DNA of 64,000 nucleotides from an archaeon (GCA_020053355.1 JAGVNI010000008.1:77195-141194); one strand, 5' to 3'. Positions 9,986 to 19,610 are shown, counted from the stretch's first letter. Notes: generated by a model from the letters alone, not told the origin. A program made the numbers and translations.

Positions 9986-10975
9986 TTACATGCTGAGCCG
10001 GGATACGACTTCCCGCAAATCGTCGATGGTCATGCCGAACATGCGGGTGTAGGTCTCATTGTATTCGCCGATTGCGGCATTGCGCATCCTGACGAATTGC
10101 TCGGCGCAGCGCGGCTGGATGTCGACATCAGATTGAATTCGATACTCATCCCGGAGGGTCCAGATTAGGGCTAACATCACGTCATCCTTATCCATATGGT
10201 ATCTGCCGAGGAGGCGCTGAAGGAAGAAGAAGGAGGCCGCATTATGGCTGTGGTCATAGGTTGGCTCAAACCCGAGGTTGAAATCCTGGGGGAAGAGCTG
10301 GCTTACGTATGGCAGGAACGACGATGCGTTGCCAAAATCCGCCAATTCCCTGAGCAACGAGAGGTATTCCGCCCGCGCCGTGCCTAACGCGACCGCGGGG
10401 AACCCTGCAAGGTGCCAGAGGCTAAAATGCTGGGCATGCTCCAGTTCATGATGCAGGATGTAGTCTTTGGAACTTTGGTCCCGGCGCAGGATGACGCCAT
10501 AGCATGAAGGATTGAATTCCCCTGCTTTGCCGGCTAGAAGGACGTCTTCCAATTGGCTGTCTAGGATTGTGGATAGCCGAAGGTCGCCCAGATGGACCGT
10601 GTCGCAAGGAGCGACTATGTAGCGGAATTCTCTCCGGGCAATGGTCTTCAGGGCCTGAACGCCGCCGATAGAGGCATTTGCGCCATTGAAGCGGGCGATA
10701 TCTTCGTAGAAATGCCACATGCGGAAGAGGACGAGAGGGCCGGCCTTCAGCGTGAAGGCATGGCCGGGAAGGGCTGTCTTATCGAGCCTGCGGGGCTCGG
10801 ACCATACCGATTCTCCGCTGGGCCCCTCAAGCTTGCAGAGGTGGCATTTGAGGAACGGGATGCGGGTGCTTAGCCCATTCATGGCGTTTTCGGCTGAACG
10901 CCGTTCCATCCGATCCTGGAGTTTCCGCTTTCTGGAAGTGGATGAAAAGCCGAGCGTATGATAGAGTGAAATCAA
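9986..10975 (-). CDS. putative Zn-dependent metallopeptidase (HExxH), paralog 2
   Basis: HHELEHAQHFSLWHLAG contains the HExxH motif. The protein is colinear with the 9009..9932 product throughout its length. Confidence 0.5.
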   Translation of the reverse strand: MISLYHTLGFSSTSRKRKLQDRMERRSAENAMNGLSTRIPFLKCHLCKLEGPSGESVWSEPRRLDKTALPGHAFTLKAGPLVLFRMWHFYEDIARFNGANASIGGVQALKTIARREFRYIVAPCDTVHLGDLRLSTILDSQLEDVLLAGKAGEFNPSCYGVILRRDQSSKDYILHHELEHAQHFSLWHLAGFPAVALGTARAEYLSLLRELADFGNASSFLPYVSQLFPQDFNLGFEPTYDHSHNAASFFFLQRLLGRYHMDKDDVMLALIWTLRDEYRIQSDVDIQPRCAEQFVRMRNAAIGEYNETYTRMFGMTIDDLREVVSRLSM

Positions 10976-11051
10976 GAGTATCGGGACTAATGTGTTAAGT
11001 AAAGGTTAAAAAGGATAATAAAAATGAGAAATAGGGGAAAATATTATTTTA

Positions 11052-11477
11052 TTATTTCTTGGCCGCCGGAGGCTTGGCCGGGGCCGCGCCTTCCGCCTGC
11101 TTCGAGAGCTGGATTTTCGGCGGAATCAATGGGGCTGTGAGGCCAAGGACGCGCGCAAGGAGCGTGCCGTTCGCGCTGCCGCTGTAGTTGACCGCGCTTA
11201 AAACAATCGATGCGTACTCGTCCGGCACCTTCTTGCTCTTCTTCCAGGTGTCCGTGATATCCTTTGCCAGCTTCATCTCCTCTTTTGCGAGGAGAACGCC
11301 CTTGATTTTTATCTGTCCGACGTCTTCCTGGTAGTTCGCGGTGTAGACGTAGGTGATTTCCACGTTCTCATCGGCGAGCTTCACATCTTCGAGCGAGATA
11401 TTGATGTTCAGGCCCTTGATGCTGGTCTTCGGCACTTTGTTTCCGCTGACTTCGAGTATCCTTTCACCAACAATCAT
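11052..11477 (-). CDS. hypothetical protein with Ala/Pro/Lys-rich C-terminal tail
   Basis: A clean 141-aa ORF with no recognisable motif. It ends in AAPAKPPAAKK. Confidence 0.4.
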   Translation of the reverse strand: MIVGERILEVSGNKVPKTSIKGLNINISLEDVKLADENVEITYVYTANYQEDVGQIKIKGVLLAKEEMKLAKDITDTWKKSKKVPDEYASIVLSAVNYSGSANGTLLARVLGLTAPLIPPKIQLSKQAEGAAPAKPPAAKK

Positions 11478-11545
11478 TCAATTCGCCTCCATGATAAGTC
11501 GATAGAACCCTATCTGCAGGAAAAAATATTAAAACCTGTGCGAAA

Positions 11546-11585
11546 CCGATTAGTGGAAGTAAGTAACGGCCGATTAGTGGAAGTA
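11546..11585. promoter_or_regulatory. two direct 16-nt repeats CCGATTAGTGGAAGTA (ORB-like AGTGGAA core) upstream of orc1/cdc6, candidate origin recognition boxes or Orc1 autoregulatory sites
   Basis: Exact copies lie at 11546-11561 and 11570-11585, preceded by an A/T-rich tract (ggaaaaaatattaaaacc). A TATA-like tataaaaa at 11589-11596 sits about 23 nt before the orc1 ATG. Confidence 0.35.
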
Positions 11586-11618
11586 TGGTATAAAAATGTT
11601 TCCTGAGTAAGGGTTCGC

Positions 11619-12809
11619 ATGGCTTCTTTTGATAAAATACTTTCAGAGAAATCCATCTTCAAGGACCTCTCGGTCCTCTCGCCCCACTATGTGCCGAAAG
11701 AGCTCCCGTACCGGAACCAGCAGATGCACGAAATCCGCACCGTGCTCTCCCCGGCGCTGAAGGGGCAGAAGCCGCGCAACCTGATTATCTACGGGAAGAC
11801 CGGAACCGGCAAGACCTGCACCACGAAAAAGGTCATGGATGAGTTCATCGAGGCCAAATCCTTGGGCAAGACGAGCATGCATTATGTGAATTGCAGGATA
11901 TACAATTCGCGCTACCGCATACTCCAGAGGTTACTCAAGGGATACATCCCGGAACTCGAGAAGTCCGGCTTCGGGCTCCCGTTCCTTTACGAGAAACTGG
12001 TCGAGATAGCATCCGGGGGAGAGCAGCTGGTGGTAATCCTCGATGAGATAGACATGGTAAAAGACCTGGACGAGCTGGTTTACACGCTCACGCGCTCGAA
12101 TGATGAAATCAAGAAGGGCGGGGTGAGCATCATCGGCATCTCCAACCGCTTGTCATTCAAGGATTCCCTGGATGCCCGGAGCAAGAGCAGCCTGTATGAG
12201 ACCGAGATGATTTTCGAGCCGTACACCGCAGAGCAGCTGCAGAAGATACTCGAGCAGAGGGTGAAGGAGGGGTTCGGGGACGGGGTCGTGGAGAGCGGGG
12301 CGATAAACCTGGCTTCCGCAATCACATCCCAGGAAAGCGGCGATGCCAGGTATGCCCTGAAACTCCTCAACAAGGCCGGTGAGATGGCCCAGCAGGTCGG
12401 CAAGGAGAAGGTCACCGATGACGATGTCGAAAACGCCAGGAAAAAAGTCGAGTTGGACCTGACCCTCGAAACGATTAACACGCTCCCCGAGATGCACCAG
12501 CTGGTGCTGTATGCGATTGCGACCCTGACCAGGAGTGGGAGCAGATATTCACGCCTCGAAGGGGTGGACACGGGATTCCTTTTCTCGGGCGAGGTCTATG
12601 AGGAGTATGAAAGGGCATGCAAAACCGCAAGGAAAAGGCCGCGAAGCTCCCGCTGGTACAAGGAATACCTCAACGACCTGGAGACGCTCGGCATGATTGT
12701 CGCGACGCCGAGCGGGAAGGGAATCAGGGGACAGACAACGCTAATCAAGCTCGGCCCGAATCCTGAGAGCGTCATGACAATCCTGAAAAAGAACCTATTC
12801 GGCAGCTGA
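11619..12809 (+). CDS. orc1: Orc1/Cdc6 replication initiator
   Basis: AAA+ Walker A IIYGKTGTGKT, Walker B VVILDEID, sensor motifs and a C-terminal winged helix are present. The 396-aa length fits. Confidence 0.85.
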   Translation: MASFDKILSEKSIFKDLSVLSPHYVPKELPYRNQQMHEIRTVLSPALKGQKPRNLIIYGKTGTGKTCTTKKVMDEFIEAKSLGKTSMHYVNCRIYNSRYRILQRLLKGYIPELEKSGFGLPFLYEKLVEIASGGEQLVVILDEIDMVKDLDELVYTLTRSNDEIKKGGVSIIGISNRLSFKDSLDARSKSSLYETEMIFEPYTAEQLQKILEQRVKEGFGDGVVESGAINLASAITSQESGDARYALKLLNKAGEMAQQVGKEKVTDDDVENARKKVELDLTLETINTLPEMHQLVLYAIATLTRSGSRYSRLEGVDTGFLFSGEVYEEYERACKTARKRPRSSRWYKEYLNDLETLGMIVATPSGKGIRGQTTLIKLGPNPESVMTILKKNLFGS

Positions 12810-12860
12810 TTATGGCCGGGCATTCGGAGAGGCTGTGCCGAACCCGGCACTCATTTTGCG

Positions 12861-13343
12861 CTATCCGGCTTCTTTCAATTCGTCCACGACCCGTATCATG
12901 TTTATCTTGCCGTATTTTTCAACATGGATGATGCCCCGCTCTTCAAGCTTCTTGACGACTCGGTGCGCTTTCAGCCTCGACATGCCGGGAAGCCGGGCTA
13001 TCTCGCTTTGCGTGGTCATCCCCCCCTTCTCAAGAAGGAGGAGCACGACGTCCCGGTCCTCAGGGCTGAGAAACTTCATGATGATGCCCATGTTGGTTTT
13101 AACGGCCTGTTTCTGCTTCTCTATCGTCGCGTTCAGCAGGCTGTAGACAATCAGGCCGGAGAGGACGCCGAAAAATCCCATCACCACCATGAAATGGGCA
13201 TGGTATACCATGAAAGGTCGCAGGAGCTCCGGCACCTCCATCCCTTGGGATGAGATGGCGTAAACGAAGACGAGAACGGTTATCAGGAATATGAAAACCG
13301 AGATTATGACCAGCCCGAGGACTATCTCCTTGCGTTTATCCAT
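12861..13343 (-). CDS. membrane-anchored winged-helix transcriptional regulator
   Basis: The start was refined to MDKRKEIV (cat at 13341-13343). Two N-terminal TM helices are followed by an HTH segment: LSPEDRDVVLLLLEKGGMTTQSEIARLPGMSRLKAHRVVKKLEERGIIHVEKYGK. The gene sits directly upstream of and divergent from the copper locus. Confidence 0.5.
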   Translation of the reverse strand: MDKRKEIVLGLVIISVFIFLITVLVFVYAISSQGMEVPELLRPFMVYHAHFMVVMGFFGVLSGLIVYSLLNATIEKQKQAVKTNMGIIMKFLSPEDRDVVLLLLEKGGMTTQSEIARLPGMSRLKAHRVVKKLEERGIIHVEKYGKINMIRVVDELKEAG

Positions 13344-13392
13344 GACGTAAAATCTGGTTGTTTCATGATTTAATATATATTGTTTCAGCGGA

Positions 13393-13872
13393 ATGAAACA
13401 GTGCAGCAGGCACAGGTTGCCGCTGGCCGGTGATTGCTTGGAAGGGATAACGATACATAAGACAACAACGCTCGCGCTTGTCGGGCTTGTCATAGCCATA
13501 TTGTTTGGCGCGTATGTGGTGTTCAGCGCCTCGCAGCAGGATGTTCCGGCAAGACCTGCCGGCACCGATAACTTGGGAAGCCAGAACGGAGAGGCAGGGG
13601 CTGCCCAGGACATATACGTCAGGGCTCTTCGCAGTGGGGCATATGACTTGCAGGAGATAACGGTCAACGCTGGCGTTCCGGTTCGGCTCCATTTCACCGC
13701 GGACCCGGATGCCGGATGCGGAAGGCAGCTCGTGATTTACGGGCTGGGCGTGAAGGCCCTCTCAAAAAGCGGCGAAGAGGATGTCGTGGAATTCACGCCA
13801 TCAGAAGAAGGCACATACGAGTATAATTGCGGTATGAGGATGTGGCAGCCAGGGCGACTGGTTGTGCGGTGA
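13393..13872 (+). CDS. secreted/membrane-anchored cupredoxin-like domain protein, paralog 1
   Basis: An N-terminal TM/signal segment is present. The C-terminal domain VRLHFTADPDAGCGRQLVIYG...EGTYEYNCGMRMWQPGRLVV resembles the cupredoxin C-terminal ligand region (Cys/Met). Confidence 0.4.
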   Translation: MKQCSRHRLPLAGDCLEGITIHKTTTLALVGLVIAILFGAYVVFSASQQDVPARPAGTDNLGSQNGEAGAAQDIYVRALRSGAYDLQEITVNAGVPVRLHFTADPDAGCGRQLVIYGLGVKALSKSGEEDVVEFTPSEEGTYEYNCGMRMWQPGRLVVR

Positions 13873-13906
13873 AACGGCCTAGAAGGCCGCAGGAAACGAT
13901 TGGAAG

Positions 13907-14497
13907 GTGACTGTTTTGGCAAATGGCATCCAGATTCAAAAAACAACGATATTGCTTGCATTTGGGCTCCTTGTCGCGATAGTGGCAGGGGCGTATGTAT
14001 TCGGTTCGGCCGCATCATCAATCCCCCAATCCGCAAAGGCCAACGGCTCAGGGCAGGGCGGGATTCTGAATGCAGTCCAGGAGCCCCTTGCATTCGCCGC
14101 CGCACAGGTAGCAGCTCCGCGAACAGGCGGTTGTGGATGCGGTATCGGAGGCGGGGCAAATACCGTGACACCCGACCCGTCCAAGGCAGTCCTGCTTAAC
14201 TCCACAAACGCATCAGGGGGGAAGGATGCCCAGGACATATTCATCAAAGCGAAGAACGACGGCACTTATGACAAGGCCGAAGTGACGGTCAAGGCCGGCT
14301 CGCCAGTGAGGCTGCATTTCACCGCAGACACGGATGCAGGATGCGGAAGACAGATGGTCATATACGGCCTTAACATCCGGGCGGTTTCCACAAACGGCGA
14401 AGAGGATGTCGTGGATTTCATTCCCCAGCAGGCAGGGACGTATGAATACAACTGCGGCATGAGGATGTGGCGGGCTGGAAGGCTGGTGGTAGTCTGA
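13907..14497 (+). CDS. secreted/membrane-anchored cupredoxin-like domain protein, paralog 2
   Basis: The C-terminal domain VRLHFTADTDAGCGRQMVIYG...AGTYEYNCGMRMWRAGRLVV is nearly identical to the previous gene. The N-terminus has a TM helix and a Gly/Cys-rich linker. Confidence 0.4.
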   Translation: MTVLANGIQIQKTTILLAFGLLVAIVAGAYVFGSAASSIPQSAKANGSGQGGILNAVQEPLAFAAAQVAAPRTGGCGCGIGGGANTVTPDPSKAVLLNSTNASGGKDAQDIFIKAKNDGTYDKAEVTVKAGSPVRLHFTADTDAGCGRQMVIYGLNIRAVSTNGEEDVVDFIPQQAGTYEYNCGMRMWRAGRLVVV

Positions 14498-14970
14498 ATG
14501 GGATAAGCGGGCTCTTCCGGATTCTCGGGCAGCCGAAGTACCTAGCTGCGGGGTTAGTGTCTGCAGTGCTTTTTTTCGCCCTGATGGCATTCACATCGAA
14601 CATGATAGTGTGGGGATATTGGGAGGTGAATCCGTTCGTGGAACCTGCGCACATCGCCTTGAACGTGCTTATAGCCGCACTTTTCGGCGCGAACGCCGGT
14701 GTCCTGCTCCACAACAACGATAAAAGGAACGCGGCGGCCGCTGGGACCCAGATGACGGCACTCGGAGCCCTGGCTGCGCTCATGACCAGTTCATGCCCGC
14801 TGTGCCAGCCGTTCTATATGCTGGCCTTCGGGCTGGGGGGGATAGGTTCGCTGTTTGCGGGCCTGAGCGTCCTGATTGCTGTTTTCAGCATCGCCCTTCT
14901 GGTAATTTCGCTGAAAAGGGGGCTGGATGCGGCGGACGGGACATGCAGAATGGGACCACGGAGGAGATGA
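14467..14970 (+). CDS. integral membrane protein with CPLC motif
   Basis: There are four hydrophobic helices, one containing SSCPLCQPFY. The exact start is uncertain because the ORF overlaps the upstream gene by 30 nt. Confidence 0.35.
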   Translation: MAGWKAGGSLNGISGLFRILGQPKYLAAGLVSAVLFFALMAFTSNMIVWGYWEVNPFVEPAHIALNVLIAALFGANAGVLLHNNDKRNAAAAGTQMTALGALAALMTSSCPLCQPFYMLAFGLGGIGSLFAGLSVLIAVFSIALLVISLKRGLDAADGTCRMGPRRR

Positions 14971-15176
14971 TTATGGAAAAAACGATAAAGGTCGAAGGGA
15001 TGCACTGCAAATCATGCGAGATGCTCATATCAGACGTGATTTCAGAAATCATCGGCGTGCAGAAAGTGAGCGCGGATTCCAGGAAAGGCACGGTGACGAT
15101 AACCGCAACCGGCCAGAACGCAATCGACGATGCCAGGAAACTCATCGTGAAGGAAGGGTACAAGGTGGTGGGCTGA
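14967..15176 (+). CDS. copZ: heavy-metal-associated (HMA) copper chaperone, CopZ-like
   Basis: The sequence MIMEKTIKVEGMHCKSCEMLISDV carries the MxCxxC metal-binding motif. A GGAGGAG Shine-Dalgarno sequence lies at 14961-14966. The start was refined from the longer ORF-track entry 14793..15176. Confidence 0.7.
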   Translation: MIMEKTIKVEGMHCKSCEMLISDVISEIIGVQKVSADSRKGTVTITATGQNAIDDARKLIVKEGYKVVG

Positions 15177-16156
15177 TGGCGGAGGAGCAGGACGCCCGGG
15201 AATCCGCGGCTGGGAGGAAGGATGGCAGGACGCTATACAGGCTGGCCCTCAGCGGCATGACGTGCGGGGCTTGCGAGAAGGTGATTGAAAGGGCCGTCAC
15301 GGAAATGGGTGCCGGGGTGGAGGAGATTGATGCGGCTCGCGGACTGGTCGACATCCGGTGTCCGCCAGAAAGGATTGGGCCGATAAAGGAGCGGCTCGCC
15401 CGGGGGGGCTTCCGGGAGAGGCTGGAGGACGGTTCCGAAGGGCGGGGGGATTGGAAGGGGATCCTCTCGTACGTCAAATCAGTGGTCGCAGGGGAACCGC
15501 ATACCAGGGTGGAGAACAAGCTCTTGAATTATGCAATCGGCACGACGGCAATCCTTGGGATGGCGGGAGCGTTGTCGTATGGTGTATTCCTGAGCGCATT
15601 CGAGGACCAGGTTTTGGCGGCCTCGCTGCTCATCTTAGTGATAGTCTCTTCGGTCATGTCCACGTATTCTATCTTCCACATGGAGGCTTACCGGAAGGGG
15701 ATGACCTGCTCAAACGGCATGATGGTCGGCATGACGACGGGCATGGCGAGCGGATACATTATCGGCGCCATCCTCGGCGCGACCAACGGGATGTTCATCG
15801 GTTCGGTAGCCGGAACGGCCGCAGGGATTGCGATAGGGTTCAGCCTCGGAAAATCCAGCGGAATCATGGGGGCCATGGAGGGAATCATGGCGGGCCTGAT
15901 GGCCGGGACCATGGGGGCCATGACGTCGGTCATGATGCTAAACGACAACCTGCTTGCGTTCCTATACATCCTGAACGGCATATGCCTCGTGATGGTCGGG
16001 GGGTTGAGCTACATGATGTTCCGCGAGGCTGGCCCGGCCCCTTCCGCAGCAAAAGGCGCGGGATTCGCGAGGTTCGCGGGGCTCTCTGCGGCGCTTTGCG
16101 CGATTCTGGTTGCCATCATGCTCTATGGGCCAAGGTCCCTGATAACAATAGGATAA
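15176..16156 (+). CDS. HMA domain fused to a Met/Gly-rich polytopic membrane domain
   Basis: The start MAEEQDA overlaps the copZ stop (TGATGG). It contains GMTCGAC in an HMA domain, followed by 5-6 TM helices rich in Met and Gly (MMVGMTTGMASGYIIGAILG, GIMGAMEGIMAGLMAGTMGAMTSVMM). Confidence 0.55.
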   Translation: MAEEQDARESAAGRKDGRTLYRLALSGMTCGACEKVIERAVTEMGAGVEEIDAARGLVDIRCPPERIGPIKERLARGGFRERLEDGSEGRGDWKGILSYVKSVVAGEPHTRVENKLLNYAIGTTAILGMAGALSYGVFLSAFEDQVLAASLLILVIVSSVMSTYSIFHMEAYRKGMTCSNGMMVGMTTGMASGYIIGAILGATNGMFIGSVAGTAAGIAIGFSLGKSSGIMGAMEGIMAGLMAGTMGAMTSVMMLNDNLLAFLYILNGICLVMVGGLSYMMFREAGPAPSAAKGAGFARFAGLSAALCAILVAIMLYGPRSLITIG

Positions 16157-16255
16157 TTGCCGGTATCCGGTATAGATGATTATAAGGTGTAAAGAAGCAG
16201 GATAACTGCCCAGGAAGGTGATTCCATTAGAAAGATAACGATTCCGATAAGCGGG

Positions 16256-18727
16256 ATGGATTGCGCATCCTGCGCGATGAACATAGAACGCAGGCTCAGG
16301 AAGCTTGAAGGCGTGAAGATTGCCAATGTGAATTACGCGAGCGGAAAGGCAAGCGTCGAATACGAGGAGGAGAAGGTCCTTCCTGAGAATTTCAGGCAGA
16401 CAATCGAAGGCCTTGGCTACGGGGCCCGGATGCCGGAGGGCGCAGGAAGCGGCAGGAAAGGAAAGGACAGGATGTTCCTGCACATAATCGGCATGGATTC
16501 CATGCACTGCGCGATGATTGTCGAGAAGGCGCTCAATAAGATTACAGGTGTGGACAAGGTCGAATTGAATTTCAGCCTCGAGAAAGCCGTCATCGCTTAC
16601 GATTTGGGGAAGACGAATTTCGCGAAAATCCGGAAAGCGTTAGCGGATGCGGGATACGATGCCGAGATTCTTGACGCTGAAGACGAAGTCGACAAGGAGA
16701 AGCTGGCGCGGGATAAGGAAATCGCAGGGCTGAAAGCCAGGGTCATCGCGTCTGCAATCGGGACTGTGCCGGTCCTGGTTCTCGCGCTTCCGGAGATGCT
16801 GGATGGGCTCATTCCAATAGAGTATCCGGGATTCATCATGGATTACCTGGCGGCAATCCAGTTCATGCTCACGCTCATGGTGCTCCAGGTGAACTGGGAG
16901 ATTTTTTCCCGGGGATTTCGCGGGCTGATTAACCGCTCGCCGGGGATGGACAGCTTGGTGGCACTTGGCGTAGGCACCGCCTTTATATACAGCACATTGG
17001 TCGGCATCAGCGTCATCGAGGGCGGGATGTATTTCGAGACCGCAGCCCTGCTCCTGACATTCATAGTGGCCGGGAAGTACCTGGAAGCGGTCGCCAAGGG
17101 CAAGACAAGCGAGGCAATCAAGAGGCTTATCGGCCTCCAGCCCAAGACCGCCCTAATCGTACGGGATGGGGAGGAGGTTGAGATTCCAATTCGGGATGTC
17201 GTTGCCGGAGACATCGTCATCGTCAAACCAGGGGGGAAAATCCCGGTGGACGGAACAGTGCAAGAAGGCGCCAGCAGCGTCGACGAGAGCATGATAACCG
17301 GCGAAAGCCTGCCCGCGCACAAGAAGATTGGGGATATCGTTATAGGCGCGACAATCAACAAGACCGGCTCGTTCCGGTTCAGGGCGACGAAAGTGGGAAG
17401 CGACACAATGCTCGCGCAGATTATCCGGCTCGTCGAGGATGCGCAGGGCAGCAAGGCGCCCATCCAGAAACTGGCCGATATCGTGGCAGGTTATTTCGTC
17501 GAGGGCGTCATCGTTCTCGCACTTATTGCGTTCGGATACTGGTATTTCATTGCCGGCTCGTCGTTCATTTTCGCCCTGACGATACTCATTTCAACCCTGA
17601 TAATCGCCTGCCCCTGCGCCATGGGGCTTGCCACGCCGACTGCAGTCATGCTGGGGACCGGGAAGGGCGCCGAAAACGGAGTCCTGTTCAAGAATGCCGA
17701 AAGCCTCGAGCTCCTCGAGAAGGCGACCATGGTCGTCTTCGACAAGACAGGAACCATCACGAAGGGCGAGCCTGCCGTGACTGACATGGAGCCGTTCGGG
17801 ATGAAGGAAAACGAGCTTCTCCTGATAGCCGCCTGCGCGGAAAGCGGCTCCGAGCACTTCCTTGGCCAGGCCATCGTGAAGAAGGCAAAGGAAAAGAAGC
17901 TGAAGATGGCCAAGCCGGACGGTTTCGAGGCGGTTGCCGGCCACGGGATAAAGGCGTCATTCGGGTCCAAGCGGGTGCTTGTAGGGAACCTGCTCCTTAT
18001 GGAGAAAAACGGGATAGCGGTAGGCGAGGACATCATCCGGAAGATGCATAAACTGGAACTCGAAGCGAAGACGGTCGTGATTGTGGCCGCCGGCAACCGG
18101 ATTGCGGGCCTGATTGCCATCGCGGACACCCTGAAGGAGCATTCATACGAGGCAATCGCCGCCCTGAAAAGCCTGGGCTACGAGACGGCGATGATCACCG
18201 GGGACAACGAACGCACGGCGATGGCGGTGGCAAAGCAGGCCGGAATCAGCCGCGTGTTAGCCCATGTGCTTCCAGAGGACAAGGCCGGCGAGGTGAAGCT
18301 GCTCCAGGACAACAAGGAGAAGGTCGTTTTCGTCGGGGACGGCATCAACGACGCACCCGCGCTCGCCCAGGCCGATATCGGCATAGCAATAGGCTCCGGG
18401 ACCGACGTCGCGATAGAAAGCGGCGGCGTCGTCCTTGTGAAAAGCGACCTGCGCGACATCGTCAGCGCGATAGAGCTCAGTAGGTACACGATGAAGAAGA
18501 TAAAGCAGAACCTGTTCTGGGCATTCGCATACAATGCCATCGGCATACCTGTTGCGATGGGCGTCCTGTTCCCGTTTTCGGGCTTCCTCTTGAGCCCGGT
18601 GATTGCGGGCGCGGCCATGGCGTTCAGCTCGATTAGCGTGGTCTCGAACAGCCTGCTGATGAGGGGCTGGAAGCCGATGGGGATGAGGTCAGTTTCCCTT
18701 AAGCCGGACAAAGCAGTACATGCATGA
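16256..18727 (+). CDS. copA: copper-translocating P1B-type ATPase
   Basis: An N-terminal HMA domain has GMDCASC. A second HMA-like domain has a degenerate motif (GMDSMHCAM). The TM CPC motif [12 protein letters not shown], the phosphorylation site DKTGTIT, and VGDGINDAP are present. Length is 823 aa. Confidence 0.85.
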   Translation: MDCASCAMNIERRLRKLEGVKIANVNYASGKASVEYEEEKVLPENFRQTIEGLGYGARMPEGAGSGRKGKDRMFLHIIGMDSMHCAMIVEKALNKITGVDKVELNFSLEKAVIAYDLGKTNFAKIRKALADAGYDAEILDAEDEVDKEKLARDKEIAGLKARVIASAIGTVPVLVLALPEMLDGLIPIEYPGFIMDYLAAIQFMLTLMVLQVNWEIFSRGFRGLINRSPGMDSLVALGVGTAFIYSTLVGISVIEGGMYFETAALLLTFIVAGKYLEAVAKGKTSEAIKRLIGLQPKTALIVRDGEEVEIPIRDVVAGDIVIVKPGGKIPVDGTVQEGASSVDESMITGESLPAHKKIGDIVIGATINKTGSFRFRATKVGSDTMLAQIIRLVEDAQGSKAPIQKLADIVAGYFVEGVIVLALIAFGYWYFIAGSSFIFALTILISTLIIACPCAMGLATPTAVMLGTGKGAENGVLFKNAESLELLEKATMVVFDKTGTITKGEPAVTDMEPFGMKENELLLIAACAESGSEHFLGQAIVKKAKEKKLKMAKPDGFEAVAGHGIKASFGSKRVLVGNLLLMEKNGIAVGEDIIRKMHKLELEAKTVVIVAAGNRIAGLIAIADTLKEHSYEAIAALKSLGYETAMITGDNERTAMAVAKQAGISRVLAHVLPEDKAGEVKLLQDNKEKVVFVGDGINDAPALAQADIGIAIGSGTDVAIESGGVVLVKSDLRDIVSAIELSRYTMKKIKQNLFWAFAYNAIGIPVAMGVLFPFSGFLLSPVIAGAAMAFSSISVVSNSLLMRGWKPMGMRSVSLKPDKAVHA

Positions 18728-19048
18728 GAAGAGGACGGATGCGGAGAAAGAGGCGAATGCGACAGGACGAAGCTCGGGGAACCAGACCAGCGTAAGGGAC
18801 AGGATGAATCCCGCCAGGGCGAATTTCGAGAAAACGGACTGCAGGCTTAACGCGTCCTCGAATGGGTCACGGGGAGGGGCTTCCCTCTGGTCTTTCATCC
18901 GCTCATATAAGCTGGCGCCTTTTGCCCCGGGCGGGCCGGAATAATTGCACGAGGGGCATTTCAACGTCATCGAGTGGATGTAGAAGTTGCCGGAATCGAC
19001 CGGCTTTCCACAGCGCGGGCATTTTGGAAGGTCCATCCGCTCCCTCAA
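18689..19048 (-). CDS. zinc-ribbon protein with C-terminal membrane anchor
   Basis: CPRCG...CPSCN forms a 4-Cys ribbon. Two hydrophobic helices sit at the C-terminus. Confidence 0.4.
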   Translation of the reverse strand: MRERMDLPKCPRCGKPVDSGNFYIHSMTLKCPSCNYSGPPGAKGASLYERMKDQREAPPRDPFEDALSLQSVFSKFALAGFILSLTLVWFPELRPVAFASFSASVLFSCMYCFVRLKGN

Positions 19049-19384
19049 TCAATCATTTTTTTTTACTTCAGGCAGTCTCTTCCCTTCAGCCTGGGCGAGG
19101 AAGCGGTCCGCCTCGTCCTGGCCTATCATCTCGCCCAACTGGTGCGCCTCGACAATCCGCATGGGTGCGCCAATCTGGTCGGAAAGCTCCCATTCGGATG
19201 TGACTCTGCCCAGGGCCGGATCCGGGAGCCTGGTGAAGTTTGTCGAGAGCATGGATGACCGCGTGTCTGCTGATTCGGTGATTGCGGAGACGAGCGACGC
19301 TTTTCCAGCGAACCCCCTGGAGCCGTTAATCCTGCCGGGTTTCTGCGTTTCGGCCGGTTTTTGCTTTTCCTGATGATTTGCCAT
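19049..19384 (-). CDS. hypothetical protein
   Basis: An intact 111-aa ORF directly preceding the zinc-ribbon gene. A TATA-like box and a GAGGAAT Shine-Dalgarno sequence lie upstream on the minus strand. Confidence 0.35.
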   Translation of the reverse strand: MANHQEKQKPAETQKPGRINGSRGFAGKASLVSAITESADTRSSMLSTNFTRLPDPALGRVTSEWELSDQIGAPMRIVEAHQLGEMIGQDEADRFLAQAEGKRLPEVKKND

Positions 19385-19558
19385 AGCGATTCCTCTGACT
19401 CAATAGGATATGTTATGGTGAAAAATGTTTATAAAGGGATACAAAAGAGCGGATTTAAGCGAAAGGAATGGCGAGCCCCGCAGGGCGGGCGAATGAGAAA
19501 AAAACGCTAGGAGCTTGGCTATAATGCCAAGTCCAGCATTTTTCTTCGAAAATCGCTA

Positions 19559-19598
19559 GGGGGGCTTCCATGATCGGTGTTCCGATCATGTGCCCCCA
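19559..19598 (+). repeat. two-stem hairpin element, copy A (outer GGGGGC/GCCCCC, inner CATGATCGG-tgtt-CCGATCATG)
   Basis: A perfect 9-bp inner stem is flanked by a 6-bp G:C outer stem. The 5' side is part of the CGCTAGGGGGG motif. Confidence 0.6.
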
Positions 19599-19610
19599 TT
19601 CAACCGGTTC

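Noticed and set aside
14793-16156. Long N-terminal extensions of the copZ and HMA-TM ORFs (127 aa and 409 aa as listed in the track)
   Set aside because: The upstream portions are Arg/His/Asp-rich read-through without motifs. Internal starts at 14967 (after a GGAGGAG Shine-Dalgarno) and 15176 (overlapping the copZ stop) give canonical HMA domain N-termini.
16190-16258. Possible frameshift or upstream start for copA (in-frame ITIPISG precedes MDCASC with no start codon back to a stop at 16190)
   Set aside because: The HMA fold would prefer a few more N-terminal residues. However, no ATG, GTG or TTG exists in frame, and the evidence is insufficient to call a pseudogene or sequencing error. It is left as the ATG at 16256.
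16843-18129. Several 117-212-aa minus-strand ORFs inside copA
   Set aside because: They are antisense to an unambiguous P-type ATPase. Their Ser/Pro/Ala-rich products have no motifs.
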